DNA of 33,260 nucleotides, taken from a virus (taxonomy: Duplodnaviria; Caudoviricetes). A program made the translations under genes and the position numbers. Positions 6,896-15,376 of the stretch are shown here, piece by piece. Within the stretch, counting starts at the first letter, position 1. Every line of letters begins with the position of its first letter. Location of the stretch: positions 1 to 33,260 of the IMG/VR virus record IMGVR_UViG_3300036446_000026; one strand, 5' to 3'. The notes beneath the pieces were generated by a model that saw nothing but the letters and a program-made list of their open reading frames with translations, ran no database searches and was not told where the DNA came from.

Positions 6896-7273
6896 TCAGA
6901 GCAGCGGAATCAAAAGCCCGATTGCGATCGAGACGCCGGCGAAGACGGCCACGGCGCGATAGCCGTAGCGGGGAGCGGTGATGATGCGGACGCTCACGAT
7001 GCCGGCGGCCCAGACGGCCATCAGGCCAACAGCGAGCGCCATGTCGACCACAGCGTCGGACCAGTTCACCCGGCCGAGCTTGGCAAGGCCGATGAGCACG
7101 AACAGGACGCAAAGGGCCGACCAGGCGACCGCCCGGTCGGGGATGACGGCATCGGTGGCGCGGCGGCGCGGTCCTGCCGGGGTCGAGAAAATCCAGCGCC
7201 ACCAAGCAAGGCAGCCGGCCAGAAAATACAGCGTGGCCGCCATACCGGCGGCGGCCGCGACGATGCGGTCCAT
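6896..7273 (-). CDS. multi-pass membrane protein (holin/antiholin candidate), 125 aa
   Basis: About four hydrophobic segments; coupled to the upstream gene by a stop/start overlap; immediately upstream of the endolysin. Confidence 0.7.
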   Translation of the reverse strand: MDRIVAAAAGMAATLYFLAGCLAWWRWIFSTPAGPRRRATDAVIPDRAVAWSALCVLFVLIGLAKLGRVNWSDAVVDMALAVGLMAVWAAGIVSVRIITAPRYGYRAVAVFAGVSIAIGLLIPLL

Positions 7274-7521
7274 CAGCGGTGGTCCCGCCCGTTGATCTCG
7301 TCGGCCAATCGCTCGACGCTGCGCTCGAAGTCGCTGGCGAAGTTCGCGATGACGCCGGCGGCCGCTGTGGCGATCGCCGCGGCCGTGGCCAGTGTGGCGC
7401 CGAGCCGCTCGCGCTTCAGGTTCGCTTCGATCTGCAAGGGCGTGGTCTCCTCATGCTGGATCGTCGCCAGCTCGAGCTCCAGCCGAGCGATCGTCCGATC
7501 GGTCTCGTTGGCCGGGCTCAT
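7273..7521 (-). CDS. hypothetical protein, 82 aa
   Basis: Overlaps both neighbours at stop/start codons; coiled-coil plus an Ala-rich stretch. Confidence 0.65.
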   Translation of the reverse strand: MSPANETDRTIARLELELATIQHEETTPLQIEANLKRERLGATLATAAAIATAAAGVIANFASDFERSVERLADEINGRDHR

Positions 7522-7898
7522 CCCTTGAGCTCCACCAGCTTGGTCAGCAGAGGCTCAAGGCGGGCCAGCACCTTCGTATTTTCCGTCAGGGCGGCGGTGG
7601 CGGCGTTGAGGACCGTGTTCTGCGCCTCGTCCATCTTGATGCGCTCCGACATCTGGGCGACCAGTTCCCGCTGGGCAGCAACAGCGTCGTGCAGCAGGCT
7701 CTCTACCTTCCCCTGGTACTTGTCGGCGCGATCTTGCAGTGACTTCTTCTCGGCTACTTCAGCGAGCCTCTCCTCCGCCTGCGCATCCCTCTTGGCCTTC
7801 CGGCTTTCTCGCCAGTCCTTGAACAAGGCATTCACCGCGGCAGCGAGCATCGCGAGACCGCCGCCGGTGATGAGGATCTCCATTAGCCATTGGGGCAC
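7518..7898 (-). CDS. N-terminal TM plus coiled-coil protein, about 126 aa
   Basis: Real part of the 7518..8129 ORF; start at GTG 7898 or ATG 7883; ILITGGGLAMLAAAVNALF helix followed by a long charged coiled coil. Confidence 0.7.
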   Translation of the reverse strand: MPQWLMEILITGGGLAMLAAAVNALFKDWRESRKAKRDAQAEERLAEVAEKKSLQDRADKYQGKVESLLHDAVAAQRELVAQMSERIKMDEAQNTVLNAATAALTENTKVLARLEPLLTKLVELKG

Positions 7899-7909
7899 GA
7901 GATCACCCG

Positions 7910-8077
7910 CTACTCTTGGCCAGCGGGCTTCCCGTCCGTTGTCTTCGACGGTCCTTCCGCCGGCTTGAGCTGCGACAGCGCCGCCATAAAGTTGGCGACT
8001 TCCCGGAAGGGCTTCGTGGCCAGATAGTCGGCGATAGCCTGGGCCAGGCCAGCGGGGATCAGCAGGTCCTCTTCCAT
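7910..8077 (-). CDS. small phage protein MEEDLLIPAGLAQAIADYLATKPFREVANFMAALSQL..., 55 aa
   Basis: Hand-translated; TAATG overlap with the upstream gene; the YLAT[KR]P[FY]REV motif is recalled from small tail-region phage proteins. Confidence 0.7.
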   Translation of the reverse strand: MEEDLLIPAGLAQAIADYLATKPFREVANFMAALSQLKPAEGPSKTTDGKPAGQE

Positions 8078-8262
8078 TATACACGTCCCTTCTTATTGGT
8101 GGACTTTCGGCGAGCAAGAGTGGCGACACGCCCCTCGATCCTGCTCACCACAAACTCGCCCTTAAGCGATCGCCCGACACCCACGAGCCCTGAGAACTTG
8201 ACGGTGCCGCCGGCCCGAATGTCGTGGCCGGTCCCGAGCACGACCCTCGCGCCCGACGGCAT
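8077..8262 (-). CDS. small basic protein, 61 aa
   Basis: TGATG and TAATG coupling on both sides. Confidence 0.55.
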   Translation of the reverse strand: MPSGARVVLGTGHDIRAGGTVKFSGLVGVGRSLKGEFVVSRIEGRVATLARRKSTNKKGRV

Positions 8263-8624
8263 CAGACGTCCTCCGCGCCCACCAGGAGACGCATAGGGTT
8301 ATTGAGCTCTTCCTCGCTTGGCACCGGATGGCCCGGCGCATTGCCCGTCGCGCGGGCCTCGATCGCGTCGATGCGCGCCTTCATCGCGGCGTAAAGCGCG
8401 GCCCGCAGCGCGGACTCGCTGAGCCCGATCTCCTCGAACGTGAAATCCTGTTCGGGGAAGATGATCAGCGGATCCTTGCCGTCGATGCAGGCCTGCTCGT
8501 TAGCGTAGCCCAGCAGCGCCCCGCGCAGGATGCGCTCATGGACGTGGAGCTGGCAGCCGCCGATGCGGATATAGGTAGCGGCGGCGCCGCTGGTCGTCTG
8601 GGTGATTTCCTTGGCTAATGCCAT
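8262..8624 (-). CDS. putative tail fibre assembly/accessory protein, 120 aa
   Basis: Lies downstream of the fibre genes; MALAKEIT...GAAATYIRI...LYAAMK pattern of small fibre-associated proteins. Confidence 0.65.
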   Translation of the reverse strand: MALAKEITQTTSGAAATYIRIGGCQLHVHERILRGALLGYANEQACIDGKDPLIIFPEQDFTFEEIGLSESALRAALYAAMKARIDAIEARATGNAPGHPVPSEEELNNPMRLLVGAEDV

Positions 8625-8803
8625 GTGCCCTTGCTCCTCTCGTCCTCGATGGTCGCGTTGATGCGGTCGAGCTCACCCGCCAGAGCTTGTGCAGCCCCTT
8701 CAAGAGTGGTCGCCCTCACGGTGATGATCACGTCAGTGATCGGCGTGCCGTAGACCGGATACCGACTCGCGATCTCGCCCCAAACCTTCTTCTCTTCCGC
8801 CAT
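8615..8803 (-). CDS. hypothetical protein MAEEKKVWGEIASRYP..., 62 aa
   Basis: AGGAG RBS; real C-terminal part of the 8615..9214 ORF. Confidence 0.65.
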   Translation of the reverse strand: MAEEKKVWGEIASRYPVYGTPITDVIITVRATTLEGAAQALAGELDRINATIEDERSKGTWH

Positions 8804-8814
8804 GGTCGCTTCTC

Positions 8815-10620
8815 CTACGTCGCGAAGTCCCCTCTCAAAACGAGGTGGTCGCGAATCGCCTTGATCATCTGGGCGCACTGCTCCGCCGTGGCGGTGCTGG
8901 TGTTGCTGATGGCGCTCTTGCTGGCTGTTCCCGCAATTGCAGCCCAACCGGTTGACCGAGCGACCGGCGTCACGCCAAAGAAACCGATCCCGGTCGTATT
9001 CACTTCGATCTTCGATGCCGATGCGCCGTCCTGCAGGTCGACGCCGCCCGTGCCGCCGCCGCGAACGATTAGCGAGCGGTTGGCCGCTCCACCGCTGCTG
9101 GCCAGCGCCTTGATCATCGGCTTGCCGTCGGTCGCGCCCTGCACCGCGACGTACTCGGTCGCGCTGGCCGTTCTGACCACCTGGAAGACGCGGCTGCCGT
9201 TGAAGCCATTGCAAAAGACGTCCCAGTCCGACGTGCCGATCGAGTAGTGCCGCATGCGCACGTTCGACGACGGCGTCGTGTTGAGATGCGCGACACCGCC
9301 GGAGACGTAGGGCGTGTAGCTCGTCGAATTGACACCATCGAGCGTGAAGGTGTTCGCGCCGGTGACGGTGATCTGGTAGTTCGCCCCGGTGACTTCGTTC
9401 ATGCCGACCAGCGCCGAGATCGAGACGTTGTTGCCGGTGGACCAGCCGTGGCCGGCGATGGTGACCTCGCAGGGATTGGCCTGCGTCACGTTCGTGATCT
9501 TCTTCTGAGCCCGCAGGACGCCGCCCGAGACGTACGCCGACCAGTTGGTGGTATCGATCAAGTCGAGGGAGACATGATCGGCGTCGACGCGCGTGATCGT
9601 ATAGCTCTCGCCGTTGAGGTCGTCTTCCGAGCCACCTTCGTCTGCCATGCCGCGGATCTGGGTGGCGTAGACCAGGGCGCCGGTCGACAGACCGTGCGCC
9701 ACGGCCGTGATCACCGCGGGATTGGCGTTGGTGATCCCGGTGATGACGATGTCCGGCGCATCGATGCGCTGTCGGAAGGCGACCGGACCGAAACCGATAT
9801 CGGTGCCGGTCTGCGAGATGTTCGGCCGATGGCCCTGCAGGTTCGAGGCACTGACCTGCAGGCCGGGAATGTCGATCTCGTTGATGCCGAAGGCGCCCCG
9901 CCAGTTCAGGCCGTACTTCACGCCGTTGGCGTTCGGCACGTTGAACAGCGAGCCGGTGACCAGTGCATAGCCGGAGGAGTCGGACACTGTGAGGAAGCTG
10001 CCCAACGCGGCGCCGGGATTACGGCCGGCGACCTGGAAGCCGGCCTCGACGCGGTTCTGCCCCGCCAGCTTCAGGCGGACACCGTAGCCCTTGGCCTCGA
10101 CATGCTGGACGGCCACGGTAACGAGCAACGGGAAGGCGATGGCACCGGCCGCTTCGGCGAAGGCCGAGGTGATCCAGCCCCAGCCGTTGCCCTTCGTCTT
10201 GACCTGAACGTTGGTGTGGCCGACCGCGACGCGCGGCGGGCCGCCGGCCGCGAGGGACACCTGCCGGTTCCAGAAGTAGGCCTGGTAGTGACTGCTATAG
10301 CGGCTGTCGTAGTTGATGCTCTCGGCGTCGTGGCTCACCCACGGCCCGCGACCCTCGAAGAGGCCGACGAGGTTCAGCTTGCCGCCGGTGAAGAGGGCCT
10401 TGGTGTCGACCGTGACACCACCTTCGTCGGTCGCGGCGCCCGTGCGGGTATAGGTGAGGTCACCCGAAAGGGCATAGGCGCCCGCGCCGATGCGAACGCG
10501 CCGCCCGCGCGCGTTGAGCGCCGACTGGATCGCTGCCTGCGTCCAATCAGGCGTGACGACCACCTCACCGGTGGCGCGCAGGCTCGGATCGAGATACCTG
10601 CCGAGGCTAGGTCCGGTCAT
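8815..10620 (-). CDS. tail fibre/spike protein with two tandem E1-FCCH-like beta modules, 601 aa
   Basis: G/T/A/N/S-rich beta composition; repeats ITGITNANPAVIT..AHGL...YVSGG and ITNVTQANPCEVT..GHGW...YVSGG; C-terminal IGFFGVTPVAR fibre motif; GGAG RBS. Confidence 0.8.
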   Translation of the reverse strand: MTGPSLGRYLDPSLRATGEVVVTPDWTQAAIQSALNARGRRVRIGAGAYALSGDLTYTRTGAATDEGGVTVDTKALFTGGKLNLVGLFEGRGPWVSHDAESINYDSRYSSHYQAYFWNRQVSLAAGGPPRVAVGHTNVQVKTKGNGWGWITSAFAEAAGAIAFPLLVTVAVQHVEAKGYGVRLKLAGQNRVEAGFQVAGRNPGAALGSFLTVSDSSGYALVTGSLFNVPNANGVKYGLNWRGAFGINEIDIPGLQVSASNLQGHRPNISQTGTDIGFGPVAFRQRIDAPDIVITGITNANPAVITAVAHGLSTGALVYATQIRGMADEGGSEDDLNGESYTITRVDADHVSLDLIDTTNWSAYVSGGVLRAQKKITNVTQANPCEVTIAGHGWSTGNNVSISALVGMNEVTGANYQITVTGANTFTLDGVNSTSYTPYVSGGVAHLNTTPSSNVRMRHYSIGTSDWDVFCNGFNGSRVFQVVRTASATEYVAVQGATDGKPMIKALASSGGAANRSLIVRGGGTGGVDLQDGASASKIEVNTTGIGFFGVTPVARSTGWAAIAGTASKSAISNTSTATAEQCAQMIKAIRDHLVLRGDFAT

Positions 10621-10711
10621 GGTCGCTCCAGATCAGCGAGACGGGAATGGTGGTTCGTCGCCGCGAGGAGAGGCGGCGTAAGTGCCTTCAGGCGGTTAGG
10701 CCGCCAGCGGG

Positions 10712-12385
10712 TCAGCCCCAGCCGCGATCGGCCACGAACTTGTATTTCCAAGAGGCCCGGGTGATCGCGCCCCTATTGGTCAGGTCTGCGTAAAGCGCAG
10801 CCCAAGACCCGCCGTTTATGACGCCGGCAGAAACCGTGTTGCGTGTCGACGGCAGGGTGACATCGAAGATTTCTGCATCCGCAGCCTGTAGCCCTGTGGA
10901 CGTGGAAATCTGCTGACCGACAGCGTAAGTCAGGTCAATCGTCGTGCATTCCGCAACCAGCTCCTTCGCGCGCGGCTGGGCGCCGATGTTGTGGTTTGCC
11001 GTGGCAACAGTCCCGGCCGCAGGAAGCGTCGCCGTGAACGCACTCTCGTACAGACCGTTGTAGGCATATGCGACCGTCGAGATCACACCGCTTCCGTCCG
11101 TCGCCGCCTCACCCACGAACACGGCGAAGGCTTCCGGCGCCGAACTGCCGTTGCCGAGATAGCCCTTCATCTCCGCGATGTTGAAGGTGAACTGGCCGTT
11201 CGTCGTCGCGGGGGTGCCGCCGTGCTGATAGATCGGCGCGAGGAGCGTCGTGCCGGGCGTCAGAACGCCATCGGTGCCAATGGTCAAGTACAGGAAGTTC
11301 GGCGTCGCCGCGGCGCGGCTGGCCGTCAGACCGGTCCACTGCAGGTTCGCCAACGACACGCCGATCCGATCCGCGGGACGACCCTGATAGTCCCAGCCAT
11401 TGGCCGCCGTGGCGACGAAGCGCGCCGAGGCCGACACGTTCTGCATCGTCAGGCTGAGTGCGCCGTTGGTCGACGGCAGGAAGGTCGGCAGGCCTGCCGA
11501 GCTGACCGGGCCCGCCGCAACAGTCTGGCGGCGACCGGTCCACACTGCGGGAACGGTATTGAGGTAGGTCACGCGCCAGGTGTCGCCGGCGGCATCCCAC
11601 TCGACGTCAAAGCGGACCCCGCCCGCGATCCGCTTCACGGCCGCATCGGCACCGCCGTCGATACCGTCGCCGGCCGCCGGCGTCAGCAGGATGCCGTACT
11701 GCCCGCCCGCGGTCAGGCCGAGACCGCCAACCTTGAAGCCTTCACCGACGCCGGCGGCATCATGCGCCGGCAGCGTGAGGGTGCGATCCGCGACGGAGTT
11801 GTCTTGCGTGAAGACGCCGCCGATGTCGGCCGCGGCGACGGTCTTGTTGTTGGCGCCGACCGCCGTCCACGGCCGGCGGCCGTCGGCGAAGTAGATGCCC
11901 TTCACGGCGTCATAGAGGCCGAGGCGGATGTTGGTCGCCGCACCGGTTGCCAGCTTGTCGATCCACGAAACCGCAAGCCCGGCGGCGCGATCCCACCAGC
12001 GGCCGCCGGCCCGCAGCTGGGGCGGCCGCGTGGCGGCGAGGAAGCCGGAGATCGCGCCCTCCTCGACATCGGAATCCGGAGCCACATAGACGCGCAACGG
12101 CAGGTCTTCAGCGATCCACGAGATCGGCGCGTCGCCGTTCGTGCTCTCCACGACGTTGCGGCTGAGCGTGTCGGTGCCCGGCGACACACCATAGGTCAAC
12201 TCGCCGCCGGAATTCTTCTCCCACTTCGTGCGCTCGGCATTCACCACCCAGTAGCGGACGGTGTCGTCGCCATCGTCGATGCGCTGGCGGAACGGGAAGT
12301 AGGACGTGCCCAACGGCGGATCGCCCAAGGTGTAGGGCCCGGTGCCCGTCGTCGAGGAGGTCTGAACGATCCAGTCGCGAGACAT
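10712..12385 (-). CDS. tail fibre / receptor-binding protein, 557 aa
   Basis: N-terminal VQTSSTTGTGPYTLG...TLSRNVVESTNG anchor motif; follows the tail-tip genes; C-terminal NHNIG...KFVADRGW. Confidence 0.8.
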   Translation of the reverse strand: MSRDWIVQTSSTTGTGPYTLGDPPLGTSYFPFRQRIDDGDDTVRYWVVNAERTKWEKNSGGELTYGVSPGTDTLSRNVVESTNGDAPISWIAEDLPLRVYVAPDSDVEEGAISGFLAATRPPQLRAGGRWWDRAAGLAVSWIDKLATGAATNIRLGLYDAVKGIYFADGRRPWTAVGANNKTVAAADIGGVFTQDNSVADRTLTLPAHDAAGVGEGFKVGGLGLTAGGQYGILLTPAAGDGIDGGADAAVKRIAGGVRFDVEWDAAGDTWRVTYLNTVPAVWTGRRQTVAAGPVSSAGLPTFLPSTNGALSLTMQNVSASARFVATAANGWDYQGRPADRIGVSLANLQWTGLTASRAAATPNFLYLTIGTDGVLTPGTTLLAPIYQHGGTPATTNGQFTFNIAEMKGYLGNGSSAPEAFAVFVGEAATDGSGVISTVAYAYNGLYESAFTATLPAAGTVATANHNIGAQPRAKELVAECTTIDLTYAVGQQISTSTGLQAADAEIFDVTLPSTRNTVSAGVINGGSWAALYADLTNRGAITRASWKYKFVADRGWG

Positions 12386-13240
12386 CTACATGACCTCCTC
12401 GAGGGGGAGCGTGGTCTGCCAGACCTGGTTGGCCTCGTTCCAGAACGGCTGCGCCTGGAAGGCTGCGAGGGCGCCGAACCGGAACTGACCGCTGTAGCGG
12501 TGAAAGCGCGTCGTGGCCTCGGGATCGAGGCAGAAGGCGAAGTCCCGGGCGAGACCGCAGTAGCGTTGCAGCTCGAACAGCTGCTCTCCCATCTCGTCTT
12601 CGTCGACCGCCGACATCGGCAGCTGCAGCGTGCGCGCAGCCGGGCCGCGATTGTCGCCATAGGCTCGGCCAAAGGGCGTACGGCCGGCCTCGTCCGGGGT
12701 GATGAGACCGAGCGACGGATTCACGCCGACATTGATGGAAGGCACGAAGGACGGGCCAGCAATTAGGCGGCCGAACTCGACGTAGCCGGCAGGATTGTCG
12801 GGATCCTCGATGTCGAGCCGGCCCGTCCGGCAGGGCGTTACATTGACGGCGCGCACCAACGACAGGAACGACGGCCAATCCATGAGCGAAGGCTTGCCTG
12901 ACGGCGGCCATGCCGACACCCAGCCGCTATCGGCGACAAGGTTGCCTCCCCCTTCGTACAGGCGCAGCCGCAGCATGGCCGCCGCGCTCAGATTGTGCGC
13001 CGCGATGATCGCGGCGTCGGCGATGACATCCTCGCCGTAGGTCCACGACAACGATTCCGCTGCACAGCCCATAGCGCGCCAGACCTGCGTGGGGTCCATC
13101 GTCTGCACATGCTCGACGGCGAGGAGGCCGCGCTCACTCGACGCGATCATCGCGGCGGCGTCGCTCCAGCGCGGCGACAGGAACAGCGCGTTACCGGCTG
13201 GCCGCCCGAAGACGAAGGAATATGGAAGGTCGAAGGCCAT
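12386..13240 (-). CDS. tail tip / distal-tail-like structural protein, 284 aa
   Basis: Start MAFDLP at 13240; IEDPDNPAGYVEFGRL motif and terminal ...LEEVM typical of siphovirus tail-tip proteins. Confidence 0.75.
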   Translation of the reverse strand: MAFDLPYSFVFGRPAGNALFLSPRWSDAAAMIASSERGLLAVEHVQTMDPTQVWRAMGCAAESLSWTYGEDVIADAAIIAAHNLSAAAMLRLRLYEGGGNLVADSGWVSAWPPSGKPSLMDWPSFLSLVRAVNVTPCRTGRLDIEDPDNPAGYVEFGRLIAGPSFVPSINVGVNPSLGLITPDEAGRTPFGRAYGDNRGPAARTLQLPMSAVDEDEMGEQLFELQRYCGLARDFAFCLDPEATTRFHRYSGQFRFGALAAFQAQPFWNEANQVWQTTLPLEEVM

Positions 13241-13248
13241 CCCCGCCC

Positions 13249-13644
13249 CTATCGAACCCGCAGCTTGCCGTTGGCGAAGACCAGGTCGAACTTCGCCGAG
13301 ATGTTGCACTTCAGTGGCTCGGCCGGATCGCTGCCATCGCCAAGATCGACGAATTCGTTGCCGCTAGGGTCGACCAGCAGCAGGTTGGTGCCCCAGCTGC
13401 CGGTGAAATCGCCGAAGGTGAAGGTGTCGCCTTCCGCCAGAGAGGGCGGCAGCGTCGCCGTGAAGGGACCGGCGGCGGTATCGCAATTGTATTGCCCACC
13501 CACCACGGCGACGAAGTCCGCGGTCTTGATCTCCCAGGGAGCGGACACACGATCCAATCGCGCATCGATTCCCTCGAAGTTTTGATTGAGCGCGCCAAGG
13601 AACTCCGGCGTCACGGCGCCGGTGACGTTCAAGATCGCAGTCAT
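13249..13644 (-). CDS. small tail/baseplate structural protein, 131 aa
   Basis: GAGGA RBS; YNCDTAAGPFTATLP...GDTFTFGDFTGSWGTNLLLV motif of baseplate/fibre beta domains. Confidence 0.7.
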   Translation of the reverse strand: MTAILNVTGAVTPEFLGALNQNFEGIDARLDRVSAPWEIKTADFVAVVGGQYNCDTAAGPFTATLPPSLAEGDTFTFGDFTGSWGTNLLLVDPSGNEFVDLGDGSDPAEPLKCNISAKFDLVFANGKLRVR

Positions 13645-13653
13645 GTGGAGTCC

Positions 13654-15375
13654 TCAGACGAAGAATTCAAAGGTGCTGATCGACGTGCCGGCGGCATCGA
13701 TGCCGACACACAGCAGAGGGCGCCCCTCCCCGATGACCTCGGGCGCGCCCCGCAAGGTGGCGCCGGCGCCGATCAGGTCGATGTGCGGATCGACCTGCAT
13801 GGACCAGGCCCAGCGCGAGCGCTCCACGCCGAACACGATCTGCTGGCGCTCCGCCTCGCGCGCGGCGTCGTCCTCGTCGCGAAAACCGGTCTCCTCGACG
13901 ATCGTCAGTGGCGCCCGCGGATAGAGCGTCGCGATCGCCGGCCGCAGGGTCTGCGCATAGCGCGCCGGCTGGCCGAACACCCTTGCATCGGAATCACCGA
14001 CCGAGGGAGCCAGCGAGGAGCGATCCGGCTGCGGTGCATAGTTGTGGCCATAACTGATGCGGGTCCCGCGACGGGGTGGTGCGGTCTCGACCAGCTGAGG
14101 CTTGCCCATGCCGTGGCGGCGATAATCGAAGGTCACCGACGGTGTCAGCAGTTCCGGCGCCTCGAGCCAGCCGACCGACAGCCGACCGTCGGGCCGCATC
14201 CGCCACCAGCCGAGGATGCCGGCCAGGACGCGGTCCAGGGCCGCAGCCTTCGTTATCACATCGCCGAACCACCAGCCGACAGGCGCGGAATGGTAGGCCT
14301 CCATGCGCTGGAACGAGCTGACGTCGATCTCGGAGACGTCGTCGACATGGCCGCTGCCAAGATGGGTAGCGATGCGCCGCGCGATCGGGGCCCGGGTCAG
14401 CGGGGGCGCGTGACCGTCGACAGTATCGGCATCGCCCGTGACATCGACCCGGATGCCGTACTGCAGCGTGATGTTGGGCCGGGCCAGCGAGTGAGCGAGA
14501 CAGGTGCCGTAGTGACCCGAGGGAATGGTCGCGTCCCGCAGGTCCGCATAGGTTGGATAATCGTCATGGAAGTCGAGATCGACGCCGCCATGCCGGAGCG
14601 CGCTGCAGGCCTGCGAGGACGAGCGCGACCACTGGAAGACCTGATCGGCGACCGAGAGCAAGACCGGCTCGACATTGAAGCAGGCGCCCAGCGCCCAGGG
14701 CTTCCACCGCCCGGCGATGTTGGCGTCCCCGTCGAGCTCGCCGGCGCCGGTATAGAATTCGTCATGCAGCGGCGTCTCCAGCTGCTCGCCGAGATCGCGC
14801 AGCCTGAGCTGCTTCTGGTCGATGTCGCGGACGAGACCGGCGCTGCGGTAACGGCCGATCACCGGCCATGTACTGTAGGGGGTCCCGCGGCGGCCGCGCT
14901 TCAGGATAAGGGGGGTCGAATCCCAGTTGCGGCCGACGAGGTGGTTCAGGACACCGTCAGGATCGACCAGGGTAACGACGCCGAGGTTGGCGCCGCCGCG
15001 CGAGGAAGGGTCGACGCCCTCGAACAGCTTGTTGCCGAAGTTGAAGGGCAGCAGCCGGCCCGGCACGTGCTGCGACGGCGGCTCGTCGTCGTTTGCCGTC
15101 GAGCGGCCGGTCGTGGCCGCGACATAGAGCGGCCGACGACCGGCGATCCACGTCGCCCAGGATCCGTCGTTGAGCGCGCCGAACGGCCCGAAGAGATCGA
15201 GGTCCGGGTCGCCCTCGGCGGCATCCTCGTAGACCTGCGCGATCAGCAGGACGTCTTGGCCGAGATGGCCTTCGAGCACCAGCGGGTCGACGCCGACGCC
15301 GATGACCCAGGGATCGCCGGGCCCGCCGGGCGAGCCAAAGGGCGCAAAGGTGTCGAAATATTCGAGCTTCGACAT
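13654..15375 (-). CDS. tail tip/hub protein, 573 aa
   Basis: Directly after the tape measure gene; LRLRD...YTGAGELDG...GRWKPWALGACFNVEPV motif of siphovirus tail-tip proteins. Confidence 0.8.
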   Translation of the reverse strand: MSKLEYFDTFAPFGSPGGPGDPWVIGVGVDPLVLEGHLGQDVLLIAQVYEDAAEGDPDLDLFGPFGALNDGSWATWIAGRRPLYVAATTGRSTANDDEPPSQHVPGRLLPFNFGNKLFEGVDPSSRGGANLGVVTLVDPDGVLNHLVGRNWDSTPLILKRGRRGTPYSTWPVIGRYRSAGLVRDIDQKQLRLRDLGEQLETPLHDEFYTGAGELDGDANIAGRWKPWALGACFNVEPVLLSVADQVFQWSRSSSQACSALRHGGVDLDFHDDYPTYADLRDATIPSGHYGTCLAHSLARPNITLQYGIRVDVTGDADTVDGHAPPLTRAPIARRIATHLGSGHVDDVSEIDVSSFQRMEAYHSAPVGWWFGDVITKAAALDRVLAGILGWWRMRPDGRLSVGWLEAPELLTPSVTFDYRRHGMGKPQLVETAPPRRGTRISYGHNYAPQPDRSSLAPSVGDSDARVFGQPARYAQTLRPAIATLYPRAPLTIVEETGFRDEDDAAREAERQQIVFGVERSRWAWSMQVDPHIDLIGAGATLRGAPEVIGEGRPLLCVGIDAAGTSISTFEFFV

Positions 15376-15376
15376 C

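Noticed and set aside
7899-8129. N-terminal extension of the 203-aa ORF
   Set aside because: The interval is occupied by a coupled 55-aa gene (7910..8077) in another frame.
10659-10678. Hairpin CGCCGC-N8-GCGGCG between the two fibre genes, with a CUCCUC loop on the minus strand
   Set aside because: A 6-bp GC stem without U-tract is expected by chance at this GC content.
8815-12385. Diversity-generating retroelement or invertible cassette acting on the fibres
   Set aside because: No reverse transcriptase or invertase, and no near-identical template/variable repeat pair was seen in the window.
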